Positions 9,607-18,623 of a stretch of 64,000 nt of DNA are shown piece after piece. Under the pieces are notes generated by a model. The model saw only the letters and a program-made list of their open reading frames with translations, was not told where the DNA came from and made no database searches. The stretch comes from a candidate division CPR3 bacterium GWF2_35_18 (lineage in GTDB: Bacteria; Patescibacteriota; CPR3; GWF2-35-18): contig MESW01000002.1 in assembly GCA_001771135.1 (NCBI GenBank), positions 5,315 to 69,314 of the forward strand. The letters are read 5' to 3'. Position 1 is the first letter of the stretch, and each line of letters starts with the position of its first letter. The position numbers and the translations under genes were made by a program.

Positions 9607-10842
9607 ATGAAAAAGATTCAAGTCTTTATTAATTTAATTATTATTTTTGTCATTTTTATGCTTTATCCGTTTTTATTTGCACAACAAGTGAGAGCGGAAG
9701 AGTCAAAAAAGGTGAATATCTATTTATTTTGGGGAGAAGGTTGTCCACATTGTGCTTCAGAGAAAGTTTTTTTGGAGGATTTTGCTAAAGAGAATTCAAA
9801 TGTGAAATTTTATGATTATGAAGTTTGGAAGTCTGAAGAGAACCGAAACCTTCTCATAAAAGTGGGAGATAAGTTGGGAGTATCAGTTTCCGGAGTTCCA
9901 TTTTTAGTTGTAGGAGATAAATATTTTGTCGGTTTCTATTCTGAGGAAACAACAGGAAAAGCCATTAAAGAAACCGTATATTATGCTTCTGTTTATGGCT
10001 GTCGAGACATTATAGCTGAAATTTTAAATTCCGTTGATACTCAAAACGAAGATGAGCAATGTCCTTCTGAAAGCACTCAATCCGCCAATATCCCAGAGAA
10101 GATTACACTGCCTTTAATCGGAGATTTTTCCATTAAAAATCTCTCCTTGCCGGTTTTGACAATTATTCTAGGTATTTTAGATGGTTTTAATCCTTGTGCG
10201 ATGTGGGTTTTATTATTTCTAATCAGTTTACTCTTGGGTATGCAGGACAAAAAAAGAAGGTGGATTTTAGGGACAGCTTTTATCATCGCTTCAGCTTCAG
10301 TTTATTTTGTTTTTATGGCTGCCTGGTTGAATTTATTACTTTTTATTGGATTCATTGTTTGGGTGAGAATTATTATTGGGCTTATTGCATTAGCCGGAGG
10401 AGGTTATAATCTTCGGGAATTTGTTGTAAATAAGGATGGAAGTTGTAAGGTAACCGGAAGCGAAAAGCGCAAAAAGGTTTTTGAGCAGTTAAAAGAGATA
10501 ACCCATCAGAAGCAATTTATTTTAGCTTTTTTAGGAATTATTCTTTTAGCTTTTGTGGTGAATTTAGTCGAACTTGTTTGTTCTGCTGGTCTACCAGTTG
10601 TTTTTACACAGATTTTGACCCTGAGTAAAGTTTCCTCTTGGCAATATTATGCATATATGTTTTTATATATCTTTTTCTTTATGATTGATGATCTCTTTGT
10701 TTTTTTCACGGCTATGATTACTATGGAAATGACTGGTATCAGTGGTAAATATAGTCGATTTTCACATCTTATTGGAGGTTTTTTAATGATTATAATTGGT
10801 TTATTACTTATTTTTAAGCCGGAATTATTGATGTTTAGTTAG
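9607..10842 (+). CDS. Thioredoxin-fold domain fused to a CcdA/DsbD-like thiol-disulfide membrane transporter
   Basis: Signal peptide, then a CxxC thioredoxin motif (WGEGCPHCASEK), then a 6-TM domain with conserved Cys in TM segments (FNPCAMWVLL ; ELVCSAGLPVVF). Confidence 0.6.
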   Translation: MKKIQVFINLIIIFVIFMLYPFLFAQQVRAEESKKVNIYLFWGEGCPHCASEKVFLEDFAKENSNVKFYDYEVWKSEENRNLLIKVGDKLGVSVSGVPFLVVGDKYFVGFYSEETTGKAIKETVYYASVYGCRDIIAEILNSVDTQNEDEQCPSESTQSANIPEKITLPLIGDFSIKNLSLPVLTIILGILDGFNPCAMWVLLFLISLLLGMQDKKRRWILGTAFIIASASVYFVFMAAWLNLLLFIGFIVWVRIIIGLIALAGGGYNLREFVVNKDGSCKVTGSEKRKKVFEQLKEITHQKQFILAFLGIILLAFVVNLVELVCSAGLPVVFTQILTLSKVSSWQYYAYMFLYIFFFMIDDLFVFFTAMITMEMTGISGKYSRFSHLIGGFLMIIIGLLLIFKPELLMFS

Positions 10843-10867
10843 TCTAAAAACTTAGAGTTTCAAATCG

Positions 10868-11995
10868 ATGCGAAAAAAAATATTGTTTTTAATTATCATA
10901 CTTTTAACATTAATAGTTTACCCTAATCCTATTTTTGCCCAATCAGAAGTCGAAAGTAGTTCGAGTTTTCAGACCGAAACTTTAGAAGCAAAAGTTATTA
11001 AAATTTTGGAGGAAAAAGATCATTTTCAAAAATTAGAACTTCAGATAAATATAGGCTCTAGAAAAGGAGAAACTGTAATTGTCGAAAATGGCGGTGGTGA
11101 GGTTGAGTCAGTATACATTCCTATGTACAAAGAAGGGGATCAGGTTGTTTTAATGAGACAGTCTAGCGATAATAATCAAGAGATTTTTTATATCACTGAT
11201 TATGTACGCAGAAGTCCTTTATTTTGGTTAGTATTATTCTTTTTGGTAATAGTATTAGTTGTAGGAAAATGGAGAGGTTTAAGCTCTCTTTTTGGTTTAG
11301 GACTAACTTTTTTTGTTATTTTAATGTTCATCGTTCCCCAAATTGCCAGTGGAAGAGACCCGGTTTTTATTACTATTGTTGGCTCTCTTTTGATTCTTCC
11401 CCTGACTTTTTATCTTTCACATGGAATAAATAAAAAGACTCATATTGCTCTTTTGGGAACCTTTATTGCAGTTATTATGACTGGGATTTTGTCAGGATTG
11501 TTTATCTATTTTGGAAAGCTTACTGGATACTTTTCTGAAGAGGTCGGAATCTTAAGTGCGCTTAAAGCTGGTTCTATCAACATGCAAGGTTTACTTCTGT
11601 CAGGAATTATTATCGGAACTTTAGGAGTTCTTGATGACATTACCATTTCTCAGGCGGCAATTGTAATGCAGCTATATGAAATCTCCGTTGGCAAAGTGAG
11701 GTTTCAAGAGATTTTTAAACGAGCTATGGAAGTGGGGAAAGATCATATCGCGTCGATGATAAACACTTTATTCTTGGTTTATACAGGAGCATCCTTACCG
11801 TTATTACTGCTTTTTACAAATAATCCACGTCCTTTTTTAGAACTCATTAATTATGAACCTATTGCCACAGAAATTATTCGAACCCTAGTAGGAAGTATCG
11901 GCTTAATTATGGCGGTACCGATTACGACTTTAATAAGTATTTATTTTATGAAAAGGAATACTTTATATCTTGATAAAACCAAATACCGTAGTTAG
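10868..11995 (+). CDS. YibE/F-like integral membrane protein
   Basis: Signal sequence plus an extracytoplasmic N-domain, then a multi-TM C-domain with a GVLDDITISQAAIV motif that is typical of the YibE/F family. Confidence 0.5.
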   Translation: MRKKILFLIIILLTLIVYPNPIFAQSEVESSSSFQTETLEAKVIKILEEKDHFQKLELQINIGSRKGETVIVENGGGEVESVYIPMYKEGDQVVLMRQSSDNNQEIFYITDYVRRSPLFWLVLFFLVIVLVVGKWRGLSSLFGLGLTFFVILMFIVPQIASGRDPVFITIVGSLLILPLTFYLSHGINKKTHIALLGTFIAVIMTGILSGLFIYFGKLTGYFSEEVGILSALKAGSINMQGLLLSGIIIGTLGVLDDITISQAAIVMQLYEISVGKVRFQEIFKRAMEVGKDHIASMINTLFLVYTGASLPLLLLFTNNPRPFLELINYEPIATEIIRTLVGSIGLIMAVPITTLISIYFMKRNTLYLDKTKYRS

Positions 11996-13188
11996 TATCT
12001 TAGATCTACTTCATCTCCAATACGCCAATAAGTAACGCCTTTAATTCCATAATCGGCTGCCAGTTTTTTGCGCAGATCAATTGACTCCTGATTTTGAAAA
12101 ACCACAATGTGATTTTCATCATTATCGTTTGTATATTTCCCAATCGCTTCACCCCAATAATCATTAAACTCAACTTCAAAATCATAAGCAGCCGTTACTT
12201 TTTTGATTTCATCGTAGTAATAAGCAGAGGCTTCTTTAAGATTTTCACCTGTTCGCATATATAAAACCGGATAGTACTCAATTTTTGGTAAAGCGGGACG
12301 CTCCGTGAAGTCGAAAGCGTAGGTGGGAATACCAATCACTAGTTTTTCGCGTGGGACACCGACGTAAATAGCATAGCGAATGACATCTTCCACCCAAGCG
12401 ATTGGGGAGACTGGTCCATAATAAATACTGGTTCTGTTGGTATAGTCATAGGTCATGATTCTCAGTTCATCAGTAATTTTAGCAAGACGTTTATAGTCAA
12501 AGGTCTTTCGGGTTTGCGGTAAGGTGGTATAGAGAATATCCTCTTCTCCCCATTTGGAAACAGCTGTAAAGACTAGCTTTTTATTATTTTCATGTAGTAT
12601 TAAGGCGAGCGTTTCTAAAAAGTTATAAAAAAGCTCGTCGTCATCCAGATAAACTGATTCATAATCGAGATCGATGCCGTCATAATTATTTCTAGTTACA
12701 ATCTGAATAATTTCGTTAAGATGTTTTTCACGGTATTCTATGCTATTGAGCATGGAACTTAAGGTATCCGCGTTAAAAGTCGTAATCGTAGGAATAAGTT
12801 CAATATTATTATTCTTTACAAATTGGATGAATTCTTCGTTATTGGTGCTTGCATTTGGTTCTAAAGAACCATCTTCATTCAAGTCGTACCAAAAAGGACT
12901 GATACTAGAGAAGGTATCTTTTTGGGTTCGTAAAGAGTTGAAGCCATCCTGAAAGTCCCAATCGGGAATCCAACCCGTTATTTGGATCTCTTCAATCTTT
13001 TTGGCTTGCTTTTCAATATTTCGGATTTTTTCCAATTCCGATTCTGATTCTGATTGGGAAGAATTTAGATAACAAAAGTTGAGAGGACAACTTCCTTTAT
13101 TTGAAAATAACAGATATCCTTCCCCAATGATTATGGAGAAGAGAAAGATAATAAAAAATATCAGTAGTAATTTCGGTAATGTTTTCAT
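11992..13188 (-). CDS. Secreted glycoside hydrolase family 18 (chitinase-like) protein
   Basis: Signal peptide. GH18 catalytic motif DGIDLDYE (DxxDxDxE). Overlaps the upstream gene by 4 nt. Confidence 0.75.
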   Translation of the reverse strand: MKTLPKLLLIFFIIFLFSIIIGEGYLLFSNKGSCPLNFCYLNSSQSESESELEKIRNIEKQAKKIEEIQITGWIPDWDFQDGFNSLRTQKDTFSSISPFWYDLNEDGSLEPNASTNNEEFIQFVKNNNIELIPTITTFNADTLSSMLNSIEYREKHLNEIIQIVTRNNYDGIDLDYESVYLDDDELFYNFLETLALILHENNKKLVFTAVSKWGEEDILYTTLPQTRKTFDYKRLAKITDELRIMTYDYTNRTSIYYGPVSPIAWVEDVIRYAIYVGVPREKLVIGIPTYAFDFTERPALPKIEYYPVLYMRTGENLKEASAYYYDEIKKVTAAYDFEVEFNDYWGEAIGKYTNDNDENHIVVFQNQESIDLRKKLAADYGIKGVTYWRIGDEVDLRY

Positions 13189-13302
13189 TATTGGTTATCT
13201 TAACATATTAATATCTAAAACTGCATTTTTTTGCCAATACAGGAAAGTTAAGTATATAATAGTTTAGACTTATAACTTCATCCTCTCATAAAGGAGACGT
13301 AT

Positions 13303-14094
13303 ATGAAAAAAGTTCTTTTTTTTCTACTTATAATTTTTCTTTTAATTGTATTTGGAATCATATTTGTGCTTGCTTATTTGGGATATATTCCCGGATTATC
13401 AAAACTCCTTGGAGCAGAAACTCCTCGAGATCTGGGAATTACTTATACAGAGGCAGATAAAACTGCAGCGAGAGCAAAAAGTAAAATAAAATATGAAGAA
13501 TTACCAGCGACTACTTCTGTGGAGAAAAGTTATAAATTCAGCGGAACACGAAAGATAAATAATTCCTGGAGTTCCGCCGAAATGACGGCTTTAATGAATA
13601 ACCGTCCCTGGAAATATTGGCCGATAAAAGATGTGCAGATAAAGTTTAATGCTGATGGAACTGCAGAACTCTCTGGTGTTGTCATAAAAGACAAGCTAAT
13701 TGGTTACGCCCAGGCAATCGGAGTCCCTCAGGAAGTGGTGTCAACTGTTGTCAGCTTTCTTCCTCCCACTCCGACTTTCTATTTAAAAGGTAAAGCTTCC
13801 CTAGAAGAGAACAAGGTGAAAGATTTTGAGCCACAAGCAGTATATCTTGGGAAGATGCCTTTACCCGTTGATACTTTGATGGCTATTCTTGATGATAGAG
13901 GTTTTAATCCGACCTATGCGGCTGATCCAATCTCAGAGCTTTCCAAGTACCAGGGAAAGAGAGAAGCGATTATCAGTTTTATCAATGATAAACTAGCAAG
14001 TTTGACTGGATTCTATGCAAAAGAAGCTTACTTTGGAGATGGTAAACTGTATTTTGACGGTAATTTGTCGGAAAAAGAAGCAACGGTTAGATAA
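13303..14094 (+). CDS. Hypothetical membrane-anchored secreted protein
   Basis: AAGGAGA RBS. N-terminal TM helix. No recognisable motif. Confidence 0.5.
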   Translation: MKKVLFFLLIIFLLIVFGIIFVLAYLGYIPGLSKLLGAETPRDLGITYTEADKTAARAKSKIKYEELPATTSVEKSYKFSGTRKINNSWSSAEMTALMNNRPWKYWPIKDVQIKFNADGTAELSGVVIKDKLIGYAQAIGVPQEVVSTVVSFLPPTPTFYLKGKASLEENKVKDFEPQAVYLGKMPLPVDTLMAILDDRGFNPTYAADPISELSKYQGKREAIISFINDKLASLTGFYAKEAYFGDGKLYFDGNLSEKEATVR

Positions 14095-14233
14095 AGATAA
14101 TTATTCTTAATTTATTATTTCTATCTTTTTAAGGGAGAAATACTTGTAGTCCTTCATAATTTAGGCGTGATTATTTGGTTGTGAGGAATGATTACTTTTA
14201 TTTTTACTTTTGTGCTTTACCAACTTAATTAAT

Positions 14234-14947
14234 ATGAGTAGGATAAAAAAAGAGATTCAAGAATTTTATAAATTTTTACGTTTTTCTCATCATGCTTTAC
14301 TCATTTTAGTTGAGATTATCTCCGGAGCTTTGCTGAGTTTATTGATGTTGATGATTTTTGCGGAGATAACCGAAAAAGTATTATACGAACAGGTTTTATT
14401 TATTGATGTTAATTTTGCCGAATTTATTTACTCGCTTCGAACGCCCTTTTTAACGATACTCATGAATGTTATTACTTATTTCGGTTCTTCGGTTGTGATC
14501 TTCATCACAACCGTATTTATCATTTTAGTATCTTTTAGAAAGCATCGGAAGGAAGCGATCTTTTTTATCTTTACCTTATTTATGGGAATTACGATCAACT
14601 TCTTTTTAAAACTTATTTTTCAAATCCCTCGACCAAATATTGCTCCTCTAATAGTCGAAAATACCTATAGCTATCCATCTGGACATGCCATGAATTCCTT
14701 GGTTCTTTATGGGACAGTTTCTTACCTTACTTATCGTTATTTTCATAACAAAAAACTTGAAGCTATTGTAATCACAGTATCAATGGTTCTAGTTTTTTTA
14801 ATCGGATTTAGCCGGATTTATTTAGGAGTACATTATCTAAGTGACGTCGTAGCTGGATATATCGCCGGATTTTTTTGGTTACTGATGTGTATTCTTATTG
14901 AAAGATCAATCCGCTTTCTAAGATTATTTATCAAATTTGAAGAGTGA
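14234..14947 (+). CDS. PAP2 family phosphatase (undecaprenyl-diphosphatase or phosphatidate phosphatase-like)
   Basis: Three PAP2 motifs: KLIFQIPRPN (KxxxxxxRP), PSGH, and SRIYLGVHYLSDV (SRxxxxxHxxxD). The track start at 14210 is a TTG, so I moved it to the ATG at 14234. Confidence 0.85.
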   Translation: MSRIKKEIQEFYKFLRFSHHALLILVEIISGALLSLLMLMIFAEITEKVLYEQVLFIDVNFAEFIYSLRTPFLTILMNVITYFGSSVVIFITTVFIILVSFRKHRKEAIFFIFTLFMGITINFFLKLIFQIPRPNIAPLIVENTYSYPSGHAMNSLVLYGTVSYLTYRYFHNKKLEAIVITVSMVLVFLIGFSRIYLGVHYLSDVVAGYIAGFFWLLMCILIERSIRFLRLFIKFEE

Positions 14948-14954
14948 GGATTTA

Positions 14955-15461
14955 ATGATGACAAATCTGCAAAAGGTCAAAAAAATTATTAAAGAAACTA
15001 AGTACATGACGATTGCAGTTTCTGATTATTCTTATAACAACTGGATTGCTAATCTCTATTTCGCTGTTGACAAAGACTACAATTTTTACTGGTATTCTTC
15101 AAAAGACTCTCAACATTCAAAATACATCTCTGAGAACGGAAAGATATCTATTTCCATTTTCAATTCAGAGGCTATGATTAATGATGTGGATGCGGTTTAT
15201 ATTGAGGCAAAAGCACATGAAATAAAATCAAAAAAAGAACTTCTAGCAGGATGCCTATGTTATGCTAAGAAAATGTGGGAAACAAAGTTTCTCCTAAAAA
15301 GGGGAGGAATCCAAAAATTTGTAAATGCCTATCATGATTTTCAAGGAGATTCGGTCTTACGCATGTACAAAGCTGTTCCTCAGAAGTTTTGGAAGCTGGC
15401 TCCATCAAAAATTATTAATGGAAAATTTATGGATAGTCGTATCAAAGTTAATATTAGGTAA
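14955..15461 (+). CDS. Pyridoxamine-5'-phosphate-oxidase-like FMN-binding split-barrel protein (general stress protein 26-like)
   Basis: The pattern MTIAV...(aromatic)-rich...ISISIF is consistent with the PNPOx-like fold. RBS GAGTGAGGA before the ATG at 14955 (track start 14937 is a TTG). Confidence 0.42.
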   Translation: MMTNLQKVKKIIKETKYMTIAVSDYSYNNWIANLYFAVDKDYNFYWYSSKDSQHSKYISENGKISISIFNSEAMINDVDAVYIEAKAHEIKSKKELLAGCLCYAKKMWETKFLLKRGGIQKFVNAYHDFQGDSVLRMYKAVPQKFWKLAPSKIINGKFMDSRIKVNIR

Positions 15462-15468
15462 AGTTAAT

Positions 15469-15750
15469 TCATATGATTGCTGATTTTAGATTTAATAGAG
15501 TTCGGTAATAAATCATTTTTATTTTTGACTCTTTTTGTTTCATTATGAACGCAATTTCTGAAAATGTTAAATCTTCCCAAATCTTTAAACGTATAATTTC
15601 AGTTCCTTCATTTAGAATTTTTTCTGTTGTTGTTTCTTTCTCAATTTTTTCAAGAAGGTTTTTTGTAAAAGCGGCTTCTGGTTGGTATTTTGGATAGCTT
15701 TTTTCTTTTAGAATAGTTTCTTTAATTGTATGTAGATTTTTATCTTTCAT
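15469..15750 (-). CDS. Small protein carrying only a sigma-70 region-4-like HTH (stand-alone or a remnant of an ECF sigma factor)
   Basis: C-terminal IIRLKIWEDLTFSEIAFIMKQKESKIKMIYYRTLLNLK matches the sigma70_r4_2 pattern. No region 2 is present. Confidence 0.4.
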   Translation of the reverse strand: MKDKNLHTIKETILKEKSYPKYQPEAAFTKNLLEKIEKETTTEKILNEGTEIIRLKIWEDLTFSEIAFIMKQKESKIKMIYYRTLLNLKSAII

Positions 15751-15853
15751 GTTTAATCCTTATTAATATTTTACTCAACTATAATAAATAAGTCGAAAAA
15801 ATCTAAAAAGTCACAAACTTGTTCGGTTTACATGAAAATGCTACCATATTTAT

Positions 15854-16783
15854 ATGGTTACTCAAGCATTAATTGATTATATTCAGAAAATGATAAAATC
15901 TGGATTATGGTCTGAAACAGTTTTACAGCAACTTATGCAAAAAGGTTGGAAGAAAGAGGATATTGAAGTAACTTTGAAAATGATTCAATCTCATAACGAG
16001 TCGGAGGATTCTTTGCAAGGAAAAGAGCCTTTTATTTCGAAAACTTCAAACATTTCTAATGAAAAACACATTCCAATACCTTTATTCAAAAAAATAACGA
16101 TGATTCTTGTTGATCCGATTTCATTTTTTGAGGAGATTAACTTTGAGAAAAAAATATGGAGAAGTCTTGTTTACTTATTGATTTTGTTTTTATTCTCTTA
16201 TATTCTGCGGATAATTATTTGGTTGACATATACTGTTTTAGCAAATTGGGATAAAAATCCGGATCTTTTTAAGAATGATTGGACACTTTCTATCTTTAAG
16301 TCATTACTTTATTCAGTTTTCATATTTCAGACAAAGAGCTTTTTATTCTTTATTGTGACCGTCATATCTCTAATTTTAATTATCTCTCTATTGGCCTTTA
16401 TTTTAAATAAATTATTTAAAGGACAGGGGAGTTTTTTTGATCTATTAAGAATATGCATTTATGGTTTTAGTCCATTAGTCATTATTCAGATTTTTTCGTG
16501 GCTAGATTTTTTTGATAAGTTAATGATAGTGAATGTGAATATTGGGAACGCATTTGAATACCTATTGCGTCAAAATACAATTTATATCAATTTAAATATT
16601 AACTATATTTTAGTATGGAGTTTAATTCTTATCAGTATTGGTTTTCAAAAGATAACTAAGTTAAATAATTGGAAATCGATCTTCTCAATTGTTATACCTT
16701 TTTCCCTTATATTATTTTACTTTATTATTACTTTTAAAATTATTCTTATTTCAGGCTTTGTTAGTCAAGTTATTCAATTTTAA
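15854..16783 (+). CDS. Yip1-like polytopic membrane protein
   Basis: Soluble N-terminal region, then MILVDPISFFEEIN, then 5-6 TM helices. The architecture is reminiscent of Yip1/DUF1282. Confidence 0.42.
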   Translation: MVTQALIDYIQKMIKSGLWSETVLQQLMQKGWKKEDIEVTLKMIQSHNESEDSLQGKEPFISKTSNISNEKHIPIPLFKKITMILVDPISFFEEINFEKKIWRSLVYLLILFLFSYILRIIIWLTYTVLANWDKNPDLFKNDWTLSIFKSLLYSVFIFQTKSFLFFIVTVISLILIISLLAFILNKLFKGQGSFFDLLRICIYGFSPLVIIQIFSWLDFFDKLMIVNVNIGNAFEYLLRQNTIYINLNINYILVWSLILISIGFQKITKLNNWKSIFSIVIPFSLILFYFIITFKIILISGFVSQVIQF

Positions 16784-17004
16784 TCAATTCAAATTATTTT
16801 GCATAATAAAAGAGAGGGCTAGGGGAGTATGTGGGTGCGAGTGAAAAAAACATACTGCCCTAGGGGGCAAAGAGAGAAAGAAGCATATAGATACGGTTTT
16901 AAATTATAGGGTCAGATGTACGTATCTATCTGAGAAGTTTTTGTCTAAACTATTTTTATTTAGGAAACTTCTTATTAAATGCATGAAGGATAAAAGATCC
17001 ACAA

Positions 17005-17062
17005 AAAGGGGTCTGCGACATTGTGTGTCGTAGATGCGTGGTCAACAGACCCCCTTTTGCGT
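17005..17062 (-). terminator. Rho-independent terminator for the minus-strand operon 18221->17069
   Basis: Read on the minus strand: CAAAAGGGGGTCTG ...loop... CAGACCCCTTTTTG, an 11-12 bp stem followed by a T-run, immediately 3' of the stop at 17069. Confidence 0.6.
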
Positions 17063-17068
17063 GTGTGG

Positions 17069-17362
17069 CTACATTTGATCCAGGTTGAGGATCACCACGA
17101 TGATGCTCGAGAGCGTCTCGCGGAGATACTTTTCCCAGGACAAAGGATACCGATTGGTGTAACCCCAGCACTGAGCAACTTCAACTGGACCGATATATTG
17201 GTCAGCTTGAGCTATCAGTTCGCCAAGGTCTTTCCTGGGGATCCTCTTCACAAGTTGTTTAACCACTTCTTCGGGGTTACCGATTCCATGGTCTTGCGTC
17301 TTGTTGACTTCTTTTGCAACCTTCCGAAGAAGTTTGCATAGAGTCATTTTGTTTGTAGCCAT
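17069..17362 (-). CDS. Hypothetical protein (97 aa) in GC-rich island 1
   Basis: Strong RBS GGAGGTG before the ATG. About 50 % GC, versus about 33 % in the surrounding sequence. No recognisable family. Confidence 0.55.
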   Translation of the reverse strand: MATNKMTLCKLLRKVAKEVNKTQDHGIGNPEEVVKQLVKRIPRKDLGELIAQADQYIGPVEVAQCWGYTNRYPLSWEKYLRETLSSIIVVILNLDQM

Positions 17363-17627
17363 GAGCCACCTCCTTTGGAGCCACTGTTTGGCACAGTGCC
17401 AGATGAGTCCCGGGCCACCGGAAAGGACTCAGCCCTACGAAGCGATTAACAAGGTCAAAGAAATTGGTGATATATGACCTTTCGCTGTCCGGTTTAGAGG
17501 TGGTGGAGAAAAAACCTAGCTCTACGTGGTATCATGGCCGACGGAATTTTTCTACCGCCAGGCTGGTGGTCCGTTTGAGCGTACCCATACTTATCCGCAA
17601 CAGAGCTAGGGATTGGAAAAACAGGAT

Positions 17628-18221
17628 CTAGGTGTTTTCGAATGGATTCTGCCAACCAAGACCTTTGGCATTTAATGAATTTAAAATAGTATCGTAAGCC
17701 TTACGTGTAAGTCCTTGCTTTCCGTCAAGACAACCTTCAGCTTCTCCATCGGTAGCGGCCTCGAGCGTGTGGCAAATAGAAATTGCTTGATTTATGGGTA
17801 GGTGAAGAGTGATTATTTGACCGAAGAATTTTTCGATGTCAGCGGGATTTGAGTAATGCTCATCTTTCAGAGCTAGGTACAAAATCGCGGAACCCGTTTC
17901 GTCGCTCCAGAGAACAATCTCCAACCGAAAATCGTTCCGTCCAGATTCGTTTGTGAAAACCGCGATTCTAGTTGTGTATCCAGTTTTGCGAACGACATCA
18001 AATGCTTCACGTACGACTTGATTGAAAACCATCATCGTAAAATCGTGAATTCCGATGTAGTCGTCGGCGGCTGGGGTGCCGCAAAAGAGTTGGAAGACAA
18101 CCTGACCATGCTCAGTATAGACCGGCAAGAAGTTGCCTTTGATTCCACTTGTTCGCAATCCGTGCATGCCCAGAATTTCTTGGGCTTTAGTTAAAAGGAT
18201 GGTTTTAGGTTTTGTGTTCAT
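17628..18221 (-). CDS. Hypothetical protein (197 aa; 212 aa if the upstream ATG at 18266 is used) in GC-rich island 1
   Basis: GGAGGA RBS before the ATG at 18221. GC-rich codon usage. No recognisable motif. Confidence 0.55.
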   Translation of the reverse strand: MNTKPKTILLTKAQEILGMHGLRTSGIKGNFLPVYTEHGQVVFQLFCGTPAADDYIGIHDFTMMVFNQVVREAFDVVRKTGYTTRIAVFTNESGRNDFRLEIVLWSDETGSAILYLALKDEHYSNPADIEKFFGQIITLHLPINQAISICHTLEAATDGEAEGCLDGKQGLTRKAYDTILNSLNAKGLGWQNPFENT

Positions 18222-18623
18222 AGGTCCTCCTCGAACCTGTCCTGCTTCCTCGGCAGGAGTGAACATTTGAATGGTTGGTTGAATTGAATTGGTTGGTGTT
18301 AAACGAACGAATTCTCGAATTTTTCGATAGACCTTCCTTTCTTTTTCTTTGATTTTGGATAGGCGAGCTTGTGAGCTCGAATCTTTTTGGCTTTATGCCA
18401 ATGGGATTAGTGAAGGAAGAAGAGTAATTTCTTTCCTCGCTATTCCCATTGGGAAAAGCCATTTTCAAGGCAATAACCTTGATGCATTATGCTTCAGTTT
18501 TTAAAGAACAATGATGATTTTTACCACTAAAAAATAAATGGAAAAACCACAAATAATGGCGGGAAGTATATCATATATTGATGTGAATATCAAAACTATG
18601 GGATTGAAGTTGGAATTCTGAAA

